Assembly (NCBI GenBank): GCA_039815185.1
Contig: JBCBZT010000025.1
Span: 45,416-109,415, forward strand
From: Cyanobacteria bacterium P01_A01_bin.123
GTDB taxonomy: Bacteria; Cyanobacteriota; Cyanobacteriia; Phormidesmidales; Phormidesmidaceae
Length of the DNA stretch: 64,000 bases
Reading direction: 5' to 3'
The position numbers and the translations under genes are program-made. The first letter of the stretch is position 1; the number at the start of each line of letters is the position of its first letter. This document shows, piece after piece, positions 8,900 to 17,182 of this stretch. The notes below the pieces were generated by a model. It saw nothing but the letters and a program-made list of their open reading frames with translations, did not search any database and had not been told where the DNA came from.

Positions 8900-9400
8900 A
8901 TGATTTTAGAAGAACGTCGAGTGCATTTCTACGCCTTTTCAGGGCTGGCTGTGGTGTTGCCCATCGTGTTCATTGCTGGGTTAGTGCTGCGCCCCAACTA
9001 TGATGCTGTGAGCAATGAAGCAACTACCGATCTCTTTGCCCAAGCCGGATTTGCCACGGGGGAGGCTGGAGAGGCGATCGCCTCTGACACCCTCTCCCTA
9101 AAGGGAATTACCCTCACGGCAGAGTCAACTCGCAGCTCTGAGGGCGCTGTAATTTTGACCCTCCAACCCCAGCGCGACCCTGAAGTTGCTGATTTGTTGG
9201 TCTATTGGATGGCAGGTGAGGGCGAACCCGAAACCATTGATGCTGATGTCGTACTGCTGGGCCAGTTGGCCGGCACCGCCCGCCGCCAGTTTGAGGTACC
9301 CGCAGGGATTCAGGGGCAGGCTGGGCAACTGGTGTTTTATAGCCAAGGCCAACAGCAGGTCATTGGCACCGCACCGCTATCGGCAGAGATGACTCAGTAA
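8900..9400 (+). CDS. Hypothetical protein with N-terminal TM anchor and acidic soluble domain
   Basis: 11 bp after the previous gene; one TM helix (GLAVVLPIVFIAGLVL); DLLVYW and LLGQL motifs. Confidence 0.75.
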   Translation: MILEERRVHFYAFSGLAVVLPIVFIAGLVLRPNYDAVSNEATTDLFAQAGFATGEAGEAIASDTLSLKGITLTAESTRSSEGAVILTLQPQRDPEVADLLVYWMAGEGEPETIDADVVLLGQLAGTARRQFEVPAGIQGQAGQLVFYSQGQQQVIGTAPLSAEMTQ

Positions 9401-9411
9401 GGGATTGAACT

Positions 9412-10494
9412 ATGAGTACGGCCTACAAATCGATTCAGTGGAATCGTCAAAAAATTATTTATGACCTGGTGCTGTGGGCAGCGGTGGCGGCTTACATTGT
9501 GCTGTTTATGAGGGTGACCCAAAACATCGGCAGCGACCTAGACCTACGCGGTGTCCGGATTCGCGCCTACGGGTCGGCGGCGTTTATTTTGCTGCACGTA
9601 ATTCTTTCCATTGGTCCCCTGACCCGCCTTAGCCCCAAGTTTTACCCCCTGCTGTTTAACCGACGGCACATGGGGGTGACGATGTTTTTCTTAGCCCTGG
9701 TGCATGTGGTGGGGTTAGAGTTACCGCTCTTGCCCTGGAAGTTTGACGGTGCTCTCACCTGGTACCACGATTTTGGCAATCTCGACCCATTGGTGAGCCT
9801 ATTTGTCGGCAATAGCCACTATGGCGACTTTATCCAGTTTCCGTTTGAAATGCTGGGTGTTGTCGCGTTGGCAATCTTGTTTGTGATGGCGGCCACGAGC
9901 CATGATTTTTGGTTGGTTAACCTCACGGCTCCGATTTGGAAGGCGCTGCACATGGGGGTATATCTGGCCTATGGGTTGCTGGTAGGGCACGTGGTGCTGG
10001 GGGCGCTGCAAAGCAACCGCCATCCGCTATTGACTGTTGCCGTAGGTGTCGGATTTGTGTGGATTGTGGGTCTGCATTGGCTGGCTGGTAAGCGAGAATT
10101 CGATCGCGATAAATCCCCAATTTCCGCCCCTCAAGATGGATTTGTTGAGGTGGGCAGCGTTAGCGATATTCCTGAGAGTCGCGCCAAAATCGTTACCCTG
10201 GCCGGAGAACGGGTAGCCATCTTTAAGTACGACGGCGAAATTTCGGCAGTGTCCAATGTGTGCCAGCACCAAAACGGCCCCCTGGGCGAGGGCAAAGTGG
10301 TGGATGGCTGCATCACCTGTCCCTGGCATGGCTATCAGTATTTGCCAGAGGAAGGGGCATCCCCACCCCCCTTTACCGAGCGCATTCCCACCTTTGATGT
10401 GAAACTCAACGGCGATCGCATCTGGGTCAAAACCACCCCAAATCCACCGGGTACCCATACCCCTGCTGCCGTGATTCCCCCTCAATTTGTCTAG
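9412..10494 (+). CDS. Ferric-reductase/MsrQ-like heme-b transmembrane domain fused to C-terminal Rieske domain
   Basis: RRHMG...ALVH and WKALH.GVY......GHV, a YedZ/MsrQ-like His pattern; C-terminal CQHQNGPLGEG...CPWHGY Rieske motif. Confidence 0.85.
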   Translation: MSTAYKSIQWNRQKIIYDLVLWAAVAAYIVLFMRVTQNIGSDLDLRGVRIRAYGSAAFILLHVILSIGPLTRLSPKFYPLLFNRRHMGVTMFFLALVHVVGLELPLLPWKFDGALTWYHDFGNLDPLVSLFVGNSHYGDFIQFPFEMLGVVALAILFVMAATSHDFWLVNLTAPIWKALHMGVYLAYGLLVGHVVLGALQSNRHPLLTVAVGVGFVWIVGLHWLAGKREFDRDKSPISAPQDGFVEVGSVSDIPESRAKIVTLAGERVAIFKYDGEISAVSNVCQHQNGPLGEGKVVDGCITCPWHGYQYLPEEGASPPPFTERIPTFDVKLNGDRIWVKTTPNPPGTHTPAAVIPPQFV

Positions 10495-10515
10495 GATTTT
10501 TGTCTGAGAACCGCC

Positions 10516-11274
10516 ATGAGCACTCCAACCAACGACGAGTTTTACGTCAATTACGGTAAGATTCCCCCCAGCTATCGCCGCTTCTTGGTGAAATTTATCC
10601 CCCTTTTGGTGATTGGGGCGATTCTATTTGCATTAATCTTTCCCCGCGTCCACGACCAGTTCAATTTGGGCAAAATCCAGGGCGTTAAAGAATATGAGGG
10701 TTTTCTAGCGACCAACCCGGTTCCCCACATCATCGTGCCTCGACCTGGCAATACCGCAGGCGAAGCCGCCTTTTCTCGCTACATTCTCTCAGCGACCAAT
10801 AAGGCTGGCCCGAGCCCCAGAATTCTGGAGCAAGCGGGTAACTGGGTCACCCTCAGCGGCATTTTAGTCTCGCGCAATAACCTGTCGGTAGTAGCTGTAC
10901 GCTCTGCCGAACCGCTCGATCCGCCTGCAGGGGTGACCGTGCGCCCTGACGAGGGCGTCTCGCTCGGCGAATTTGCTTTGGATGGCGAAATCGTGGATGG
11001 CAAATGCTATCCCGGTATTATGAAACCGGGGCGAACTAAAACCCACCGAGCCTGTGCTATTCGCTGCATTAGCGGCGGCGTACCCGCTGTATTTCGCGTC
11101 AGCAACGGTGGTGATGTGATGTATTTCTTGCTGGCTGATTTAGCAGGAGAAGCCGTCAATGATCGGGTTTTGGATTTAGTCGCCGATGATGTGCGCATCA
11201 CTGGAGAAGTCATTCAATATGACGACATGTATGTGATTCAGTCTGACCCAGCCAGCTATGAGCGGTTGGGCTAG
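10516..11274 (+). CDS. Membrane-anchored hypothetical protein with C-x12-H-x2-C-x3-C motif
   Basis: One TM helix near the N-terminus; GEIVDGKCYPGIMKPGRTKTHRACAIRCISGG. Confidence 0.8.
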   Translation: MSTPTNDEFYVNYGKIPPSYRRFLVKFIPLLVIGAILFALIFPRVHDQFNLGKIQGVKEYEGFLATNPVPHIIVPRPGNTAGEAAFSRYILSATNKAGPSPRILEQAGNWVTLSGILVSRNNLSVVAVRSAEPLDPPAGVTVRPDEGVSLGEFALDGEIVDGKCYPGIMKPGRTKTHRACAIRCISGGVPAVFRVSNGGDVMYFLLADLAGEAVNDRVLDLVADDVRITGEVIQYDDMYVIQSDPASYERLG

Positions 11275-11300
11275 TTATTTAAACAGGGTTGACAGGCGTT

Positions 11301-11999
11301 ATGGGGCTAGAACTGAAAAGTGTTGTCCCATGGGGGCGCTGTTTTGATGAATATCGTCGCATGTTCGAGCTCAGTGATGCTGACTTGGCCCGCACCCTGC
11401 TGGACTGTGGTGGTGGCCCTGCCAGCTTTAACACCGAGATGACTCAGCGGGGATACACCATCACCTCTTGCGACCCGATTTATCAGTTCTCCGCTGTCGA
11501 AATTGCCCAACGGATTGACGCCACCTATGCCACCATCATCAGTGGCGTTCTAGAAAATCTGGATCACTACGTTTGGCGTGAGATTCCCAATCCAGAGGTA
11601 CTGGGCAAAGTTCGGATGGCTGCCATGACCCAGTTTTTAGCCGACTTTCCAACCGGGCTGGCGGCAGGTCGCTACCAGGTGGCAGCTTTGCCCAACCTGC
11701 CCTTTGCCGATCACCAGTTTGACTTGGCCTTGTGTAGCCATTTGCTTTTTACCTATTCTGACCAGTTGTCGCTGGCATTTCATTTAGAGGCGATAGAAAG
11801 CCTGTGTCGTGTTGCCTCAGAAGTGCGAATTTTCCCGTTGTTGCGTTTGGATGGGGAAGCCTCACCTTGGTTACCCCCCATTCTTGACCGTCTACAAACC
11901 CAGAACTTAGAATACGAAGTCAGAATCACGGCCTACGAATTTCAAATGGGTGGCAATCAGCTATTAAAAATTTTTTCTGGCAATCGCGGCAAAGCATGA
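11301..11999 (+). CDS. Class I SAM-dependent methyltransferase-like protein
   Basis: LLDCGGGPASF motif I; LPFADHQFDLALCSH motif II. Confidence 0.8.
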   Translation: MGLELKSVVPWGRCFDEYRRMFELSDADLARTLLDCGGGPASFNTEMTQRGYTITSCDPIYQFSAVEIAQRIDATYATIISGVLENLDHYVWREIPNPEVLGKVRMAAMTQFLADFPTGLAAGRYQVAALPNLPFADHQFDLALCSHLLFTYSDQLSLAFHLEAIESLCRVASEVRIFPLLRLDGEASPWLPPILDRLQTQNLEYEVRITAYEFQMGGNQLLKIFSGNRGKA

Positions 12000-12424
12000 A
12001 AGCGAATCCTACAGAACCTATACCGGCAGAAGCTATTCAACGACTCCACTCTGGCGCACCGTGGGAATCTCAAGTGGGGTATTGTCGAGCCGTGCGGGTG
12101 GGTAACTTTATTACCGTTTCCGGTACTGCCCCCATTGACGAACAGGGTCAAACCTATGCCCCTGGCGATGCCTATGCCCAGGCCCGCCGCTGCCTAGAAC
12201 TGATTCAGCAGATCTTAGAAAAAATGGATTCGGGCTGCGATCGCGTGATTCGCACTCGTATGTTTGTCACCGACATTAGCCGCTGGGCCGAATATGGCAA
12301 AGCCCACGGTGAGTTTTTTGCTGCCCATCCCCCCGCCACGTCAATGGTGGAAGTGAAGGCGTTAATTGATCCTGAAATGCTGATCGAGATTGAGGCGGAG
12401 GCCTTTGTTACCCTGCCTGATTAA
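11996..12424 (+). CDS. Rid (YjgF/YER057c/UK114) family protein
   Basis: GYCRAVRVG..ITVSGT, HGEFF..HPPATSMVEV..LI...MLIEIEA; ATGA overlap with the methyltransferase gene. Confidence 0.88.
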   Translation: MKANPTEPIPAEAIQRLHSGAPWESQVGYCRAVRVGNFITVSGTAPIDEQGQTYAPGDAYAQARRCLELIQQILEKMDSGCDRVIRTRMFVTDISRWAEYGKAHGEFFAAHPPATSMVEVKALIDPEMLIEIEAEAFVTLPD

Positions 12425-12550
12425 TGCTATCGCTTAGGAAAACGCCACATCCCGAATTGGACAGGGGTTAAGCCTATGAACCTGAATGGATAGGCTAGAC
12501 ATTGCCAGGCTCACCCGATAGGCTAGTCGAGTATGCCAAGGCTGAGAGCG

Positions 12551-12742
12551 ATGATTAATGCTGGCGATCTGGTAAAAGCCATTCTCTGCCGAGGCCCTGA
12601 ATGCCCCCAGTGGAGAGTTGAGGCTGTAGAAGGTAATGAGGTGCTATTGCGCCATCACTCTGGTTCAAGGATTGATGTCTTACAGTACGGCTGGACTAAT
12701 TGTGAAGAATACACTGTGATTCGGCGGGCTTCTGATTTCTAA
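12551..12742 (+). CDS. Small hypothetical protein
   Basis: Short ORF with no competing gene; MINAGDLVKAILCRGPEC; start could be 12533 or 12551. Confidence 0.45.
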   Translation: MINAGDLVKAILCRGPECPQWRVEAVEGNEVLLRHHSGSRIDVLQYGWTNCEEYTVIRRASDF

Positions 12743-12781
12743 AGCCCAACTGTCTAATCGTGCGATCGCGCCCAAACAAAA

Positions 12782-13522
12782 TCACCCATCAAACGCGGCC
12801 TTAAAGAACGCAATAATTTCTACCCAGGCTGCATCTGTCGCCACTGGATCGTAGCGGTAGCCATCATCTCGCATGAAGGTGTGATTGGCTTCATACAGCA
12901 GGCTTTTATGCTGTGTCCCTGCATCCTCTAAAGCCTTGAGAATTTGGACTCTGCCCTCTAATGGCACGTGGGGATCTAGCGTCCCAAAGACAGTTAACAC
13001 TGGCCCGGTAAGTTCGCTTACCCGCTCAATCGTATCGGCGACGCCCCGCCCTAACTTGCCGCTATGAATGCCAGTGGGATAACAACACGCTGACGCTTTT
13101 ACCTCTGACTGCAAGGCTGCTCGAAAAGCTAAATGTCCACCAATACAGAACCCCATGGTGCCGATTTTGCCAGCTGCAACGCTGTTTTCAGCCGCTAACC
13201 AATCCAGCACTGCGCGGGCATCGGCATCATAGTCAGCAATCGCGGTGCGTCGGGCTGCGTCGTTGCCTCGCAACCGCCCTAGATCGTTGGGTTCAATGAT
13301 GGTGCCGATGGGTTCGAGCCGATGGAAGATTTCGGGAGCTGCCACCACATAACCGTAACCAGCCAGCCGGTCTGCTAATAGCGTGATGGGTTTGCCTAAT
13401 TGATAAATGTCGGAATAAAACAAGATGCCAGGATACTGGCCCTCAGGTTGTGGGGATGCCACATAGACTCGCATGAGGCTGTCATCTACGGTCAACCCAA
13501 TGTTTTGCTGCTTGATCTGCAT
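12782..13522 (-). CDS. Dienelactone hydrolase family (carboxymethylenebutenolidase)
   Basis: GFCIGG nucleophile elbow; DPHVP; HTFMRD.G.RYDP. Confidence 0.92.
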   Translation of the reverse strand: MQIKQQNIGLTVDDSLMRVYVASPQPEGQYPGILFYSDIYQLGKPITLLADRLAGYGYVVAAPEIFHRLEPIGTIIEPNDLGRLRGNDAARRTAIADYDADARAVLDWLAAENSVAAGKIGTMGFCIGGHLAFRAALQSEVKASACCYPTGIHSGKLGRGVADTIERVSELTGPVLTVFGTLDPHVPLEGRVQILKALEDAGTQHKSLLYEANHTFMRDDGYRYDPVATDAAWVEIIAFFKAAFDG

Positions 13523-13566
13523 AGGGGTAGTTTCTGGTAGGTTGAGGACTTCATGCTATGAATCGG

Positions 13567-13604
13567 ACAATTAGGGTTGCTGTCCCTCGCGCAACCCTAA
13601 TTGT
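13567..13604. repeat. Perfect 14-bp inverted repeat, 10-nt loop
   Basis: ACAATTAGGGTTGC (13567-13580) and GCAACCCTAATTGT (13591-13604). Confidence 0.85.
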
Positions 13605-13673
13605 GACCAGAGTGCAAATATCACCAAGAGAATCGCGATCCAAGATTCCAGCAAGATGAGGATATTCATCTTC

Positions 13674-13704
13674 AAAAAGCCCCCAACAATGATGTCGGGG
13701 GCTT
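13674..13704 (-). terminator. Rho-independent terminator
   Basis: The minus strand reads AAGCCCCCGACA-tcat-TGTTGGGGGCTT-TTT downstream of the small gene at 13775-13954. Confidence 0.7.
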
Positions 13705-13751
13705 AATCATAATCATTCGAGTCCAAGCTAGCCATGACTGAGAAGCTCGAT

Positions 13752-13789
13752 CTGATCATGCCGCTTCAGACTGATCATGCCGCTTCAGA
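13752..13789. repeat. Perfect 19-bp tandem duplication CTGATCATGCCGCTTCAGA
   Basis: Copies at 13752-13770 and 13771-13789; the second copy contains the stop codon of the adjacent gene. Confidence 0.9.
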
Positions 13790-13954
13790 ATCCTCTGATT
13801 CAGACATTTGCCGTTCCATCGTTTGGATAGCAGCATTAGTGGCTGCTAGGCGAGTTTCGAGGGAATCACGGACGGCCTTCAGATGCTTCAACTTAAACTG
13901 CTGATAATCCTTGAAAGAAGGGGCTTGGGAGCCATGGCAAAAGGGAAAGAACAT
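13775..13954 (-). CDS. Small coiled-coil hypothetical protein
   Basis: MFFPFCH...LKAVRDSLETRLAATNAAIQTMERQM; followed by a terminator. Confidence 0.65.
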   Translation of the reverse strand: MFFPFCHGSQAPSFKDYQQFKLKHLKAVRDSLETRLAATNAAIQTMERQMSESEDSEAA

Positions 13955-14145
13955 GTTTAGAGACCGAAGCGACAACACATACCAGTTAACCAGAGCCGGT
14001 CTTAATATGTCGGTAAAGTGCTAGACAAAGGCAGGTCATCAACTGACAAGCATGATTTCTCGGCAGTGAGATGCTTCTTAGCAGGTTTGTTGGCGCAGGT
14101 CTCTTGCTGCAGCGCGTGGATGAAGCGATCGCGATCGCCAATCGA

Positions 14146-14415
14146 CTAAAACACCTGGTTCCAGGCATAGACTTCATAGTCTGTCCAGATGCCGTTTTGC
14201 CAGTAAGGGTCGCCTTCGACCAGTTGGCGTATCGTTCCCTCGTCCTCCGCCTCGTAAATGCCGAACACCTTTGTGTTATCTACTGTTGGCCCCAATGCTG
14301 TCAGAATCCCTTGATCCTTTTGAGATTGCAGCCCCTTCAAATGGGCCTCACGATAGGGGGTGCGCTTTTCTAGGGCGTTTTCGCAGTAGCTGCCCCACAT
14401 CACAAACTTGGCCAT
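14146..14415 (-). CDS. YciI family protein
   Basis: R.PYREAHL, LGPT and DPYWQNGIW motifs. Confidence 0.9.
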   Translation of the reverse strand: MAKFVMWGSYCENALEKRTPYREAHLKGLQSQKDQGILTALGPTVDNTKVFGIYEAEDEGTIRQLVEGDPYWQNGIWTDYEVYAWNQVF

Positions 14416-14497
14416 CAGTCCAGTTTCCTCACTTGTCTAACCCTGTTGAACCGATTACAGCTCCTGCAAAATTATGCCTGATTGCGTGTCGGTTGGG

Positions 14498-15739
14498 TTA
14501 AGGGCTGCTGGCTTCGCAGGCGATCAGCTTTTCTAGAATCGCGATCGCCTCCGGATTTCCCCCCTGCCTCACCTGATCTTCCATGGCCACATTTAGCAAC
14601 TCCATTTGCAACCGCATGAGGTAAGCCTGCTCAACGTCATAGCTCTCTGGTTCTACCACTTTGCCCGTGCGGGTGAGATTTTGCTGGTAGGACAAACCAA
14701 CGTCAAACTCTACCTCATCGGCTAAGGCATTGAGCACAAACTGTTGTTCTGGACGGCTGATCGCGGCTAGATCGGCCATGGGTTGATTCAAAATGCGATC
14801 GCGCTCAGCTTCGGTCACCTGCCGTTGCAACCAAGCTTCCACCGTGGAGATTGGCCAGTCTGAAGTTTGCTCATCGATCTTGGCAAACGCATGGGCTTCC
14901 GCAAAAGACACCGTCCCATTGTTGTCATAGTCGGCGGAGTCTACCGTTTCTCCAGTGCGATCGACGCCACTGAGTCCGGCAAAGAAGCTAGAACTGTAGT
15001 CTCTATAGTCAGCTTCATCAACTTTTGGGGTACAGCCCACTGAGGGACGCGTGGCCACAGTGGCAAAAAAGCCACAGCGGGTTTGCAAGGCTACGGGCTG
15101 GTCAGGGTCGCCCCCTTCATAAATCAAATTGGTAAAGGAACCTGAAAAGCACTGGGCCATCATAGTAACAAAGGGCTGCTCTGAAGATTGATTGAGCTCG
15201 GTGCGATCGAGCAGACGGGCTAGGGTGCGTACAGAGTAAGCGTCATCGCCCCAGAGCAACAAGGCATTATCGTCAGCGTTGCGGCGGTTGAATGAACCGT
15301 GCCCAGTGAAATAGAAAAAGGTAGGACAGTCCGTTGATTGATTGGCCACCCACTGGCTTAAATTACGACGGGTTGAAGCTCCTTCCAAACCTGGAATTTC
15401 TGGCGGCTTAAACCGTTCGCGTCCCCAGTTGTTGAGGTAGCGAACGGTCGCTTGACCGTCGTTACCATTGGCAAAAAACAGGCTGGCCGAGGCGGGGTCA
15501 AAGCCCAAAACGCTCAGAGTGCGCTGAAAATACAGTACGTTCTTTTCTAGGGCGATCTCATTGTAAGACGGGTCACCGCCGCCGCCCATCACCAAAAAAT
15601 TAAAGGACTGAGTCTGCCCCTGAGACCTGGAATCTAACGATTGGTCCAACGATTGATATGAGGAGGTCGATCGCCCCAAGGCAGTTAACCCTAACGCAAT
15701 CGCGCCGACTATCCCCAGAACTCGCCAATGTTTCACCAT
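14498..15739 (-). CDS. Exported clan CD (caspase/C13-like) cysteine peptidase with EF-hand loop
   Basis: N-terminal signal/TM segment; FYFTGHG and MAQCFSG His-Cys dyad motifs; DYDNNGTVSFAE. Confidence 0.7.
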   Translation of the reverse strand: MVKHWRVLGIVGAIALGLTALGRSTSSYQSLDQSLDSRSQGQTQSFNFLVMGGGGDPSYNEIALEKNVLYFQRTLSVLGFDPASASLFFANGNDGQATVRYLNNWGRERFKPPEIPGLEGASTRRNLSQWVANQSTDCPTFFYFTGHGSFNRRNADDNALLLWGDDAYSVRTLARLLDRTELNQSSEQPFVTMMAQCFSGSFTNLIYEGGDPDQPVALQTRCGFFATVATRPSVGCTPKVDEADYRDYSSSFFAGLSGVDRTGETVDSADYDNNGTVSFAEAHAFAKIDEQTSDWPISTVEAWLQRQVTEAERDRILNQPMADLAAISRPEQQFVLNALADEVEFDVGLSYQQNLTRTGKVVEPESYDVEQAYLMRLQMELLNVAMEDQVRQGGNPEAIAILEKLIACEASSP

Positions 15740-15828
15740 AGTCCTGACCCAACTTGCCAGCCATCTTCAGTGTACCGTCCTAAAATCAGGCCCATTAAGA
15801 TTCTTTTGATCCCTATTCAAACGTGCTT

Positions 15829-17181
15829 ATGTCCCAAGCCATTCCCGACTACTCCCCAGATTTCCTGACCGAACAAGGCATTCGTTTTGTCCGTATCGTG
15901 TGGTGTGACAATGCTAATGTGATTCGGGCAAAAGCGATTCACGTTGATGCTTTGAACCGCGAAAGCCAAAATGGCGTTGGGCTCTCTGCTGCCCAGCAAG
16001 CCGTGCCCGTCATGATGGATGCCCCAGTTCCTGGAGGCGGCCTGGGGCCAGTGGGAGAAGTCTGGCTGGTGCCCGACTGGTCAACGCTAGCTGTGCTGCC
16101 CTATGCTCCTGGTCACGCCCGCGTCATGGGCATGATGCAGCACCAGGGTAATCCCTGGCCCTGGTGTCCCCGGCAATTTTTACAGCGGATGGTGCAGGCA
16201 ACGGCGGTGTTTGGGCTAACGGTGCAAGCGGCTTTTGAAAGCGAGTTCTATTTGCTGAAGCCAGGGGAAGCCGGGCCAATCCCCGCCGATAACACGCTGT
16301 TTTCTGCGACGGCATCCATGGATCAGCACTACGCCGTAATCAACGCCATCGCTGATGCCCTAGTGGCTCAAAACATTGCTGTTGAGCAGTATTACCCTGA
16401 ATCTGGTCCCGGTCAGCAAGAGCTGTCTATTCGCTATGGTCCGGCGATGCAGGCTGCCGATCAGCACATTGCATTTCGCGAAACAGTTCGCGCCGTTGCC
16501 CGTCAGCACGGTCTGATCGCTTCCTTTGTCCCCAAACTGTTTGAACACATTGCTGGGAGTGGCTGCCACTTGCATCTGAGTTTGTGGCGAGATGACCATA
16601 ATCTGATGTTTAACGATGATCCAGGCAAAGCAGGGCAGCTTTCTGATCAAGCCAGTGCCTTTGTCGCTGGGATTTTGCGTCACTTACCAGCGCTGATGGC
16701 GATTACCACCCCCATCCCTAACTCCTACCGCCGCATTCAACCCCACTGTTGGAGCGGTGCCTTTCGCACTTGGGGCTACGACAATCGGGAAGCGGCGGTG
16801 CGTGTACCGAGCAGTCTCAACGGCCCTAGTCCTAACCAAATTGAACTCAAAACCGTGGACAATGCAGCTAATCCCTACCTGGCCTTGGGTTGCGTCATTG
16901 CGGCTGGGCTCGATGGCCTCAAACATAGACTGCGCCTAGAGTCTCCCGTCAATATCGACCCCGGCTCAATATCTGACGCGGAACGCAGCCAACGGGGCAT
17001 TAACCCATTGCCGAATGATCTCAAAGACGCGATCGCCCATTTGCGCCAAAACACACTGCTGACTCGCGCCCTGGGCAAATCGTTAACCCAAACTTTTCTG
17101 GCTGTCCGGCAAGCTGAGTGGGAAGCCATGCATGACCTGTCTTTAGAAGCAGAAGTCAAGCTGCTATTGGAGCGATACTAG
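15829..17181 (+). CDS. Glutamine synthetase-family (gamma-glutamylating) protein
   Basis: FESEFYL, PESGPGQQE, GSGCHLHLSL, NSYRR, NREAAVRVP and ANPYLA motifs. It does not look like canonical GlnA. Confidence 0.88.
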   Translation: MSQAIPDYSPDFLTEQGIRFVRIVWCDNANVIRAKAIHVDALNRESQNGVGLSAAQQAVPVMMDAPVPGGGLGPVGEVWLVPDWSTLAVLPYAPGHARVMGMMQHQGNPWPWCPRQFLQRMVQATAVFGLTVQAAFESEFYLLKPGEAGPIPADNTLFSATASMDQHYAVINAIADALVAQNIAVEQYYPESGPGQQELSIRYGPAMQAADQHIAFRETVRAVARQHGLIASFVPKLFEHIAGSGCHLHLSLWRDDHNLMFNDDPGKAGQLSDQASAFVAGILRHLPALMAITTPIPNSYRRIQPHCWSGAFRTWGYDNREAAVRVPSSLNGPSPNQIELKTVDNAANPYLALGCVIAAGLDGLKHRLRLESPVNIDPGSISDAERSQRGINPLPNDLKDAIAHLRQNTLLTRALGKSLTQTFLAVRQAEWEAMHDLSLEAEVKLLLERY

Positions 17182-17182
17182 A

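Noticed and set aside
15740..15828. NtcA site or glnA assignment for the GS-like gene
   Set aside because: No GTA-N8-TAC is seen in the spacer, and the protein lacks canonical GlnA features.
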